DNA of 63,728 nucleotides, the filler included, from Rhabdomonas costata (taxonomy: Eukaryota): the NCBI GenBank assembly GCA_019059605.1. It is 24 parts of 24 records of this genome, joined end to end, with 100 filler letters (N's around TTAATTAATTAA, not from the genome) between each part and the next. Parts side by side here need not be neighbours in the genome. Positions count along the whole stretch, not along the records: positions 47,893 to 50,449 come from JAHMHO010002871.1; positions 50,550 to 53,101 come from JAHMHO010002872.1; positions 53,202 to 55,758 come from JAHMHO010002873.1; positions 55,859 to 58,415 come from JAHMHO010002874.1; positions 58,516 to 61,071 come from JAHMHO010002875.1; 19 more parts are not named here. The stretch is one strand, 5' to 3'. The notes under the pieces are model-generated. The model made no database searches. It saw nothing but the letters and a program-made list of their open reading frames with translations, and was not told where the DNA came from. The translations under genes and the position numbers were made by a program. Of the stretch, positions 48,400 through 60,364 are shown in pieces. Each line of letters starts with the position of its first letter. Position 1 is the stretch's first letter.

Positions 48400-50170
48400 C
48401 AGCCACGCGCTCTCGACACACTGCTGACCCAGCTCTTGTGTTTCCCTTTTACCCGACCTCTCCTTCTCTTGAGGGTGCAGGTTCCTCGTCGATAGCCCAA
48501 TGGAGGAGAGGGCGAAAACCTGGAAGTCGAGACGACTTGGCAGCAATGCTCATCATACTTGATGTGCTTGATTTGTGCCGCGCGGCCCAGCCCATATCCC
48601 AACGAATCGAACTCCGTCAACCCTGACGCACTCTGACGTCTACTGCCAGGGCTTCAGGCCCCTACCTGCAGGTCGTAGGCGACCGGCCAGCCCGATATCT
48701 CGCTGGACCTGACCCCCGCTGAGTGCTACCACGCGAGCCAGTGTGTCTGCCACGCGCTCATGGCGGGTCACGTGTGATGCACGCGGACATGTGACGGCGT
48801 AGTCTCCGTACACATCCATCCTGTCCCCGCAAGCAACAGGGTGAGGAAGGATGGGGAGGCAAAGCCTCCATTTTAAGAGCGACTGGAACAACTGGAACTC
48901 ACTCGGCTCGAAGGAGAGACAGAGAGACGGAGCGGGAGGGGCTGTAAGCCCCAACGCGGGCTTGAAATTGAAAAGATTGTCGGAAAGAAAAGACAGAGAC
49001 AGAAGAAAATCGGACCATTTCCTCTCTGCAACTGCGCCGATTCGTGGGACCACCGAAAGCAAAAATAACTATATTAATCGTTGCGGACAGTGCCAGCTTA
49101 CAGTTCTTTCTCTTATCAGTATGCAGGCCTGCAATGGGCCAAAAAGGGCCCTTGCAAGCCTGTGTGGAGGCAAAAAAAAAGGGCTCAAAGATACCCCAAA
49201 ATGGCCCTGAAATGGCCTCTAGCGTGCCTCCAAGCAAGAAGAGGCCCACTCCGGTGCCAGCATGAAGTACTCCTGGGCTCTACCCTTAGGTAGCTAAGCA
49301 GGCCCGGCCGAAAGCTTCGGCTCAGTATGCAGACCTGCAAAGGTCCAAAAAGTACACCCCGGCCCTTGAAAATTTTCCGCGTCGAAGTCGAAATCGAAAA
49401 TGCGATTAAAAGGGCCAAAATGGGATCTGGGAGGTGCCATATCTCGGCGTAGAGAAGGATTCGGAGGCCGGGAAGCGGCGAACCAACTCATCTCAGGAGC
49501 ACTACTATACCATCAAATATGAGCCCCAACCTGTCACTCTGGCTTGAGTTCTGAGGTCAATGTTGGGTCCGGGGTGCGGTCCGGTCCGGTCCGGGAGTGA
49601 CCATGGCGGATGTCACCCAGCGAGTAAGGAGAGGTTTTGGGTTTTGGGCCGAAGTAAGTGGCCTACTCCCCCCCCCCCATTTCCGATGAGGCCCCCGACG
49701 ATTGGTGAGGTTCCCGACGCCAGCTGAAGAAGCTAGATAGGCCCACCTGGTAGACCTCCAAAACAGCGATAAGAGAAAGAACTGTAACAAGGAGTAATAA
49801 CTATACTTAGTGTAAACATGTTTTCGATGGATCCACCATCCTCCTTTTTGTGGGCCTATGGTGGTAAGCCCGGCAGGATCTCTTTTATCTGGCTTATAAT
49901 ATAATTCAAGTCCATGCCAAAAACGCCTTCACTTCATTCCGTACACACGCTCACTTACCACCGTTCTCGTACAAGCCATGCCTCCCGCACTGCTGGCCCC
50001 TCTCTCACTTCGGCATGAACACTTCACTGACGCTTTCTCCGACCCCAACGTAGGCGCATAAACCCACACCGACGTCGGCCACCTCATTCACGCTTCTCGT
50101 GGCGTTATCTCGCCACTGGGCCTGGACCTGCGCGTCAACACACAACGAGAGCCTGTGGGTCTCAGTGTTT
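48400..50170 (-). mobile_element. Degenerate CRE-like non-LTR retrotransposon 3' region (CCHC + restriction-like endonuclease), interrupted by a ~1.1 kb insert
   Basis: LTAPPAPSLCLSFEPSEF..LKWRLCLP..CGDRMDVYGDYAVTCP..TRHERVADTLAR..GGQVQRD..RLRPA, then K..KY...C and FQVFALSSIG in shifted frames. An upstream piece, RLSLCVDAQVQAQW, lies near 50110-50160. Confidence 0.7.
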
Positions 50171-52196
50171 ATCATTTTTCCAAAACAACTCTCTTTTGCG
50201 GGTTTCGACTGTTTCGTGTTTGTTTCATTTCTCCGAGCCTTGCGTCCCGTCTCTTCTCCTTACCCCTCCACCAGTTAGAGAGTCGAAGTGCTCGAGTGGC
50301 TCTAGCACTTTGTTGATGGCACACTCCTCACGGCTCAGTAGGTTCCAGCACCGAGTCGTAGTACAATCCCTGTGGGCTCTCAATGGGCGGACCTGAAACA
50401 AAGATATTTACGTCCCATGATCACCCCGAGGTGGCCTCCATAGCTTCGTNNNNNNNNNNNNNNNNNNNNNNNNNNNNNNNNNNNNNNNNNNNNTTAATTA
50501 ATTAANNNNNNNNNNNNNNNNNNNNNNNNNNNNNNNNNNNNNNNNNNNNGTTGTTGTGGTACCGGCTTTGCCCTTTTCTTCGGCAGCCGTGCTTTTTTCC
50601 TGCTCCTGGTGCGCGTGGCCCGTAGAGATACTTGCTGTATAGTTGGGCTGCAGGGGTTATGGTGTTTGAGCATGAGTTTTTGCCTGCGTGGTGTGGTCAC
50701 TGTCGCGTCGCTCTCATCTCTACAACCTCGGAACTTCGAATTGTTGCAGGACAAACCGCGCTTTCTCGTTCCACATCCGCTGTTCACCTCTGAGGTGTGT
50801 ATCCCCTTTCCCCCACACACACACACACACGCACTCACTCACACATCGGCATTTTTTCCTAGGTTCCACGCATGAATTATGTTGCAGAAAAACGCAGACG
50901 GAAACCGAAATGGAGGCCGAACGCCGTTGAGCGGTAGTGATAGGCTGTGTTGAGGGTAAGTTCTCTGCTGGGGCTCAATTTTGGCAAAATCGGCGTGAGC
51001 GTAGTCCTTTTCTGTTTTTGTACCTTTCTGCACGTCGTTAATGTGGGCGAATACAGCAGCGGTACTCAACTGCAGGTTACAGGATCAGGTCAGAGCACAG
51101 CATTGGTTGGTTCCATTGCAGCAGCCTGCCAAAAACCAAAGTAACATCGGCACCGTTTCCTTCAGATGTGGAGGTTGTTTCTTCTTTGATAATCACTTGC
51201 AAATTTTCGAACCATTTGTGCGTCTTCGGTTGCAGTGGGGTAAATGCAGGCTCTCTTCTTTACTTATGCGCAGGATATGAACTCTCCTGCGCAGCTGGTG
51301 GCCCGCCAGGTGCACTGTGGGTTGGCTTCTGCGCTGTGCACGTCTTAATTAACTCTTTTTTACATGTAATTTTTGCTCTGGGGATAGCCAGCGCACATCG
51401 GAGTGGGGGTGGGGAGGGTGGGCAGCTGTGCAGTCGGCATTTCAGCGCTGGGTACGAAGTGAATCCAAAGAGAGGAAAGCCCGCTCCGCCAAATCAGATT
51501 CGAGAAATGGGCACAAACCGGCAGGTATCTATTGGGGAGGCTTGACCTGCAAATAGCCCATTGGGTTCGAACGGAAAATATATGAAAGAGCTGTCAGCTG
51601 TTTCTGGGGCTCGCGTCTCTGTTGTTTAGCCCCGCTCGCTGCTCTCTGAGGCCGAGTCGGCCTCCTTCGCGTCCTCCGCGCGGCCCTCAGCGGCGTGCTC
51701 CTCCCGCTCCGAGGGCCCATCCCAGGTGTGGGAACACCCACCACATGCGCCCAAAATACACAACCTCGATGTGCCTTGTTGGTTTGTTCTCGCGTCCCCT
51801 TCCCCCCTTCTATTCCCGTCGCCTCCGCGCCCATGCAGTGTTTTTGACTTCGTGGTTTCTTGATTTTTTCAGACGGTGGGGAAACCCTTATTTCTTTGTT
51901 CGCGCGGTGCAGGGCTCGCCAGTGACCTCTGTCACCCTGTCCAGTCTCTCATCAACGCCCCAGACAGTCGCAACGCCCACCTCAAAGACGCTGGTACACA
52001 CTGCAGAGAGTGAGTGGGTGGGAAGAAATGGGTGTGTTGCTTTGCAACTTGGCTTGGCGCGGACTTCTGACCTTTACCGTTTCTCTTCATATCCTCCGTT
52101 GAGGGTAGCTAACCTTTTTGCTCGTTGGGTTGTCCTCGTGTCACAGCGGAAATCATCAGCCTACGCCGGAAGCTATCCTCGGGACCTTTCCAAGGT

Positions 52197-52278
52197 GCGT
52201 GTTTGCGTGTTTGCGTGTTTGCGTGTTTGCGTGTTTGCGTGTTTGCGTGTGCGTGTGCGTGTGCGCGTGTGCGTGTGT
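52197..52278. repeat. (GCGTGTTT)n / (GCGTGT)n minisatellite right after a putative splice donor
   Basis: Direct inspection. Confidence 0.85.
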
Positions 52279-54895
52279 ACGCGCGTGCGGGGGGTAGTAG
52301 CAGGCGAGATTTCAACGAGCTTGCAAAGACCGCACTACTGTTGCTATCCACTGTGAAGGTATTCCATGGATCTCTCCACCCAATAGGAAAGCTGAAGGAA
52401 TTGAATGGGTTGTCATTCGTTTGACGGGAGACGTACAGTATTTTGCTCCGAACCTGCTTATCAAGCGCCCCTCTCCACACACACACACCAAGTCCTGCAG
52501 TGTCGTTCAAGTGGTATGAATTTGTATGGATGCTTGTGGCAGTTTTTGGTCAAACTCTTCTGCGTCTGCTCCGCGAACCAACACGAAAGATTCTGGGTTC
52601 AGTCAGGACAACCACCTGACGTTGCATCAGGGTTTACGGTCCGCGGGTTACATTATTGAAGGCAGTGACGTCACAATGCATTTTTTTGGCAGCACGAACG
52701 GACTTGGGTTTGTGTGGGGCTGCTTCAGGCCACGGGTTCGGGCGTCCCACGTGCTATTCCTTCGGCCCCATCCCTCCCAACCCCTGTCCCGCGCTGCACG
52801 GAAGTGCCGGCCCCAACCGTGGTGTGATTGTGTAGGGTCTGCGTTTGTGCATATGGTTTCTTTGAAGGAGGGTAGGCATCGCGGTTCGGGTGACTTCCGG
52901 ACGGTTGGGTCAAATATGTTAGCTCCACTGGCACCTCCTCCTTTGTCCCGGGTGAGATTAGTTTGTCGCAAGGATACCAGTTCGTATGGAGCCGCCAGGA
53001 GATCTGACCACCTCTCCTAATGCTGAAGTCCGAAGCAGTCGAGCGAGCAAGAAGCTGGGACAACCGTTGCGGCCGCATGCACGTCGATTCACAGCAGGAA
53101 ANNNNNNNNNNNNNNNNNNNNNNNNNNNNNNNNNNNNNNNNNNNNTTAATTAATTAANNNNNNNNNNNNNNNNNNNNNNNNNNNNNNNNNNNNNNNNNNN
53201 NTGTGGGTTGGTCACTGGTCTGTGTTTTTGAAGTGGAGCAGCTACTTCCGTGATGAGAGCGTGGTACCTGCTCTGGGCGATCTGCTCCGGTGCCGAGTGC
53301 GCTGTAGGCTGGGATAAACAAGAACGAGGAACGATTTGCACGGCGGCGATCGCAGTTCAGAAGAGAACTCGTCAGATTCAAAGCATCAAGAAAAAGGAGG
53401 CAAATAAGGCTGAAAAGTTGGGTGGGAGAGCTGCCCACAACCACGACGTGCACTCGTGTGCTCCATCAATGCCCTGTGTCCACTTAGGTATAATGGGGTG
53501 CACCGTCACAGTCTGTTTCAGTGGTGTTCCGTAGTTCTCGCGAATTGTTACAACCGCAATTCGTCAACGTGCAGGCACACGGGGCTTGCAAGTAGCCTGT
53601 GTGCAGCCTTCTGGGAAATCTTTGTCGAAAGTGCTTCAAAGCAGCAGTAGATATGCAAGTATCAGTGATATCAGTAGTATCAGTTCTATGGTTAATGGAG
53701 GTGTGTTGTGCTGTGACAACTTGTGTGTCAGGTCCTTATGGAGCGGGAGGGGTAGGGGGGATTGGGGGATTGGATTTAGCTTCGGATTGATGATGAGGAG
53801 AAGTCCGCCCCCGCTGCCTCGGTGCTGGAAGTGGGCCTGCCCTCGTCGCCCTCCCTGCGGCTGTTCGCCCGAGTGGTGCGGCCCAAGTGGTGGGAGCAGC
53901 GTGGCACGGGAAAGCCGTAGTCCCCCGCAAGGGAACAGTGATATCAGGGAGGGAATAAGGGGAAGCGAGTGCTGAATTACCTGTTGCACTTGCAGTGTGT
54001 GAGCGGGCGCACACTCGCGTTCATATACACCGGCACCACATCCAGGCCGAATCAGGAAGGCTTGAGAGTGGGTTGTGAAGGGATGGGTGAAGTGAGGGTG
54101 TGGTCCTGGTGTACTAGTAGCTCTGATCTTTGGCGACTGCTGTGAGCTCGATGAGCTCCGGCGGTAGGGGTCTTCTACAGCGTCGACCACATCGATTGAA
54201 TAGTTTTCCGTACTGCTGTGGTTCAAGAGAAAGGATGCTTCTCTTGGCTTATTTTTTTCTCCTCGGTGAGGGATTCCCCCCCCCTCCTCGTCCCATCACC
54301 CACCAAAATGGTGCGCGAACGACACGCTGAAATTGCTTTGTGAACGAGGACATATTTCGAGGTGGAGGTTTTCATAAATGAAGGGCGTTATGCTCAAAGG
54401 GAAAAGGAAGCGGGGCGTGCCTCGGCCTCCCGAGTAACATGTCTGTGCACGGGCGTGAGAGGCCAAGTGGAAAGTTCGACACTATGCCACCGGCGAAATT
54501 ATTTGAGCCCCAGTATACCTCGTTCTGATGATTCTATTCCAATGGTATGCCACGCAGAACTTGGAAACCACGAAACCACACAAAGCAAAACACGAAAGAG
54601 CGCAAATTTTTTGCAAATACGAAGCACGGCAGTGCCCGCAGAGTTCTTTTCTCTAATGACACTTCTCACTCTGATTCAACAGCTTTGATACTTATGCAAC
54701 ACAAAAACAGAGAACGAAAGACCATGTGATGAAACCTGGTCTGGATACGCCAACCAAATACTGCGGTTCCAGGTGTTTCCAGGCGACTGTTCGTGTCACG
54801 TGTGGTGAGGAGGCCAGTTGAGCGTAGCGTGCGTTTTCTTTTCTTTCTCGGGAGTTTTCCAGTATCTTTTGTAGCTCTCCCTTAGCGAGGGAGAA

Positions 54896-55351
54896 ATGTT
54901 CGAGCACCAGATCTCCCTGCTGATTTACTACGTTTTTGGAAATGTCTACGTCGCTCTGCCCGTGTTGGCTGCCGTGCTGTTGGGGGCCTACTTGGGGCTT
55001 TTCCGGGAGGTCAACGTGACGGAGGAGGTACCGCACACCTTGCTCGCGGGCAGTGTTTGCACACTGCTTTTTCATGCCCATTGCCCATGTCTTTGGCCAG
55101 AAATGTGCAACCCTCCATGACCGCATGCTTTATGGACTGCTTAAGTTGTTTCACATGCTGCATCCTTCTAAGAATTTGGGTTATTTCTGTACTCTCAGCC
55201 GCTTTTTCGTTGCTGCTACTTTTCGTGTCTTTGCGAAAGGTTTTTCCTGGGTGCACCATCTGCTACAAGTTCAAGCGGGGCTCATACCGCCGCGATGTTC
55301 ACCCGCTATTCCAGCAAATTGCGGAGCTGGTCGCTGATGCACTCACCAGTG
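54896..55351 (+). CDS. TEX264-like membrane-anchored GyrI-like protein, first two exons 54896-55027 and 55240-55351
   Basis: N-terminal TM segment, then AYLGLFREVNVTEE|VFPGCTICYKFKRGSYRRDVHPLFQQI, similar to the TEX264 pattern Y.GL...V.V.......YK...G.Y.....LF. Phase-0 GT-AG intron. Confidence 0.6.
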
Positions 55352-58300
55352 GTGCGTGTGTATTCCCACACGTGAAGCCCTCAATTTCACATCCGTTCTT
55401 GTTTTGTGCTGCTCCTCCTCGCACTTCTTTTTCCTTTTCTAATGGTATTCTTTTGTTGCATGGGATGCAGATTGAGGCAACGAGACGTCTGCGGTGCACT
55501 GAATCCACCGGCAGAATTTCTTTGGGTCACCACACAGAACGCGGCAACTTCTTCATTAAAACTCTCTAAACTCTAATCGTGTCATGACACCACTATCACT
55601 GCATTTTTTTTTGCCTTAATGGACGCGTTACCATCGTTTAAACTCTTTGAAGCATGATGTTGAGCTTCCCTTCCCAACCCCAGTGTTTTATCGTAAACCT
55701 GGAGAATCCTTGCCTTTTTTAAGAGCTTTTGACGATCAGCTGAAAAACAAAACACCACNNNNNNNNNNNNNNNNNNNNNNNNNNNNNNNNNNNNNNNNNN
55801 NNTTAATTAATTAANNNNNNNNNNNNNNNNNNNNNNNNNNNNNNNNNNNNNNNNNNNNGAAGGGTCAATTTTTTTCACCCCGACTTTCGGTGGATAGCAC
55901 CTGTGGGCTCGCTTTGGGGTTTGTTAGCGCTGAAGCATGGCTGCGGCCAAGTCCGGTTCGCGCGCTTGCGTGTGCGGAAAAGTAATCATGCGCTTCAGAA
56001 AGAAGAAAGAAAGAAGGGAAATGGGGGGCGGGGACGAACGATTGTGGTAGCAAGAGCAGGAAAGTAGGGAAGCAGCGAGCCAGCAGCGGAACAATCCTGC
56101 AACCGACGGAAGCAACGCAATGTCACAAAGGTTTCTTTCCCCGGTCACACGCACAAGAAATATACAAGTGGTCACCTTGTTATCCCACCCAACCTCGTTC
56201 CTTTCACTCAACCGTCACCGCCTCAAGGCGGGAGCAAAAATTCCCTGTCCCGCCATTCGCCATCACCGTTGCCCCTTAGCTGGCCCATATGGGCAACAAC
56301 ACAACCCATCTCCTTCCCCTTCGGCAGGCAGTTCTCACCAGAAGGCGGAACACCAGGATGGCGAGGTTCGCGAGCGGACCAAGATCTTGGCTGCTACAAA
56401 CGGAACCCGGAGGGGACACTCGGTGCACTGCTGCCGTGAACTTCAATAGATTCGTCCAGAGCCTTTCACTGAATTCTTTTTTCCTTTCAAGAAGCTTTGA
56501 TCCAAGCAATATTCTTCTGTCTCGTTGAAACCCAAAGGGCCGGTGTTGGAAAACTGCCAATAGGTCCGGGTCACGCGAGATGGGTACCCTGGTTACCCTG
56601 GAATGAACACCAACATGCGGCTGCGGCTCCAATTTGCTCTCGTGTCTCGTGTGCCGGCCTCACGCCGCCCAGCTCAGGCAGGGGTCCCGGGCACGTTGGG
56701 GTGTCAATCCGATGGAATAAAGAACAAGTGAAACATGTGTTGTTACTCCGCCCCAATTTCCCACCAAACCAATGGGGGCCGGGAAGGAAGGATACCGCGC
56801 CACCCACCCATCAAGGTTGTTTTCTCCCTCCTCCCTCGTCCCTCCTCAGCTGGGGTTCCAACAGACCGCCACTGGAGGTGGACAACGTTCCAGGATGTCT
56901 TGAGCTACCACGCGCTCTCCTGCTCCGATCTGCATAAGCATGTAAGGCACAACTAGCGTCAACAAGTCACCGTTCAAAACATTCAAAATGAACGGCTGTG
57001 AGTCTGTCATTGGTCTCCTCTTTCCTGTGCTTCCGTGCTTCTCTGGTGCCGAATTCTTCAACCATCCCGTTTTTGCCCCATCCCCCACTCATACAGTAGT
57101 TTGCTTTCCTCCTTAGATATTTCTCTCTCTCTCTCTCACGTATTCCTTCTTGTGAATTGTTTATGCTCCGCGCCAACTTCCATTCACTATCAACTGTCAC
57201 TCCTTTGCCGCACACGCTCTGAGTCATGCTTCGGTTATAGGCCCCCCACCCCCCCAAATCTAATGAAGGTAAAAAATTTTGAGACAAGAAATTCACACTA
57301 GGACCGCCAGGGGTTTCGCTTTTGCTCAAGGGAGCTGAGTGTTACTTCAGGTTCAACACAATCGCGGTTCAGGTAAACATTCAAATCTCTAAAAGTAATG
57401 CGACGCACCCGATCACCAGAACAATCTAGTTTCTGTTTGAAGAGAAAGTAACACTGTGAACACTGCCCATTTTCACCCGTTGTTGGGTAGGGGTTGAACC
57501 CCATGAGGCTGTGCGCGATACTTGCGTGCTTCCGTTGCAAGGTATGTTTAAATTACAGGCGCATTGAAACATATCCTAATAAGAGGGGATTGAATATTGA
57601 ATATTGAACGCTCAATCAATGGAAATCTAACAAAATATTTTGATAAGCTTTTCTTAATTTTTAGGTATATTTATTTTCTTTTCCTTCCTCCGTTTTCCTT
57701 TTCACCCCTTATGTGGGGATACGTTTGAGGGAGGTGGGTTTTTGTTCAGAAATCACACTGTGGTATGCACGCTGGTTGTCTGCTTTGGTTTCTTCGTCCA
57801 ATCAATCTTAAAGAAATTCCGTCTTTCTTTTTAATTCATTCAGTGCATGCGCCACCTTGCTCGTGTTTTTCAGAGTTGTTTTGACCATGCTCGCAGTTAA
57901 GGACCGGGGGGGGGGGGGGTGACGAAACAAAGCGAGCTCTCAAAAGAAAAAGAAAAAAGAACTAGTTGAGGGAAAATGCTGGAAGCTGCTACTTTCGGGC
58001 GAGAAGCAACTGGCGGGATAGTGTCGGTGAACCATTGTTCACAACCCAAGTAGTTCAACCACTCGACGCTCAGGCACAACCCAACGGGAAGAGCCGTTCT
58101 AGAGACGCACACGCACACGCACACGCACACCGAGGGGCTGCAGCACCGCTAGCAGCAGCAGATGCAGGGGCTTCCGGGTGGGTCCTGCTCATCGCCAACC
58201 TCACGCACGACCGCACGCAGACGCCGCCTTTTCACCCGCGATCCCTTCCGGGAGTGGCAGCCGGCGTACAGAAGTCGGCACAGGCTTCGTCGAGGAGCAA

Positions 58301-58801
58301 GCCGTTGACTACCGATTCAAGAACACAGGGCCGTCTCTCAGGAACGCCCTTGTGGTGGGAACGGCGCCCCCAAGGAAAGGAAAGCAAAGCCAATCACCCT
58401 CAAAGCCCAACCACCNNNNNNNNNNNNNNNNNNNNNNNNNNNNNNNNNNNNNNNNNNNNTTAATTAATTAANNNNNNNNNNNNNNNNNNNNNNNNNNNNN
58501 NNNNNNNNNNNNNNNGTTTTTTTTTGACGTCCTGAGCTTAAGTTTTCGGCCGGGGTTGCTCAGCATTCCTAAAGGCATAGCGCTTCATGCTATGAGGGGG
58601 CCGGAGCGCTTCAATTTTTAACTGCCCTGATTTGTGGGCCGCGTTGCGGTTTTATCAGCTGGCCTGGCAATAATGGAAATTTATGTTAGTTGACACACTT
58701 CCAGTTTCCCAAGTATCCCAAGTATGTGTGGGTATGTGTTTTCCGCGCAGCGCACACGCACAGTGCCCCCTCTTTCTCCCCTTTCTGCCTTCTCTCCTCA
58801 G

Positions 58802-60364
58802 TGCGGGACTTGACGGGAATGTCCGTGTCCACGACGTGCGGGAGCAGTCCCCGGTCACCGTGTACTCCGCAGACTGTTCGGCGTGCTACTGCCTCGCGGT
58901 GAAGCCCTGTGAGGTTTTTATGTCTCCCCCGCCCCTCTTTGGACACCGGCCATTTCCACTGCCATGGCTCAGGTGCGATTGCCTTTTCCTCTCCTTCACG
59001 TGCTTCTGTCCAGATGATTCAGACGATATAAATGCAAAACGCACGACGAGGCAGATCAGATTGTTTCACCTTACTATTCTCTCACTTCTGTCTCCGAGGC
59101 ATTAAGGCCACAAGCAACCACGAGCAGAAAAGCCCCTTCAACCTTCCCATAGGCTGCTACCTACCATGGTCGAAGGCTCAGGCTTATTACAAAGGTCCAT
59201 AAAACACCTTGCCATTTGCCTGTAAAACGAGGCGAAAAGCCGAGAAATTGCCCGTCCCCCCCTGGGTCCGGCAGGCAGCTGAAGCCGCAAAACGGCTCCT
59301 AAAGCGCTTTTTTAGATCGCAGACTCGGCATGGAGCATGCGTTGCACCTCCGTCCCCCTCATCCATTCTCACTCAGCAAGCGGAGTACATTGTTACGGGG
59401 CACACTGACAACAAGCTCCGGCTTTGGGACACCCGCACCAAGGGCAAGGCCCAGACCTTTATTGGACACAAGGGGTGGATCTACGACGTGTGCTGGAACA
59501 GCCTCTTCACGGAGAGCACGGTGTGTCAGTGCATGGTTGATGCGCCTGTGCACTGAGAAGGGGGGATGCCCTCTGATTCATCACACGAACGCACAAAGGC
59601 TCACTGACTCCCCGGAGAAGCCATTCATTTGTTTGTTCGTTCGTTTCTCCATCCATCCTTCCTTCCTTCCTTCTGAAGCCCCTTCCCAGGACAACTTCAA
59701 ACTTAATCTTCGATTTGAGAAATGGCAAGAGGATTTTCATTTGAGTGAGAGAGCTGTAAATGTGGGTGTCAGGTCACCAGGTAGAAGTTTTGTAGGTGGG
59801 GGAAATGACACACAGTGCAGGCATGTTTATGGCTCCAGCGAGTGTCGAAATAGACACGAGCATCTCTGAAATCTGGCATCCCGCATGAAGTGCCGCGATG
59901 TCATGCGGTTTTTTGCCCTTACCCCCAGCTCTTTCCATTCAGATTGCCATATTTCGTGCGTTTTGCGTAGTGTTTTACTCATAAATTGCGCTGGCTGTGT
60001 CCAAATTTGAGTAGGTGATGGTGTAGGGAATTGGGAATTTGAGCGGGAGTGAAGACGTGCTCGAACCCTCGCACGCACATGCGTACTCACTCACTTACTC
60101 ACTCACTCACACACACGTTCAAGCACTCTTCCTATCTGTCTCTCGCAGTACGGGTTTTCGTCAGCCTCGGAGGATGGAGTGATCAGCATTTGGGACATCC
60201 GGGGCTCCTACCCTTTGGGGCAGGTCCACCACCACAAGGATGGAGTGCTGGCCTTGGGGTGGCTGGGCCGCGGGGTGCTTCTGTCGGGCTCCAAGGACTG
60301 CACTGTCCGCAGCTGCGTGCTGAACACCCTCACCAACCGCTGGCAGACCGCCTCGTCGGTGTAG
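58802..60364 (+). CDS. WD40-repeat protein, WDR12/Ytm1-like, last exons 58802-58908, 59381-59520, 60149-60364
   Basis: SAGLDGNVRVHDV..|IVTGHTDNKLRLWDTR..FIGHKGWIYDVCW..|FSSASEDGVISIWDIRGSYPL..HKDGVLALGW..LSGSKDCTV. Phases are consistent and the frame ends at TAG. Confidence 0.85.
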
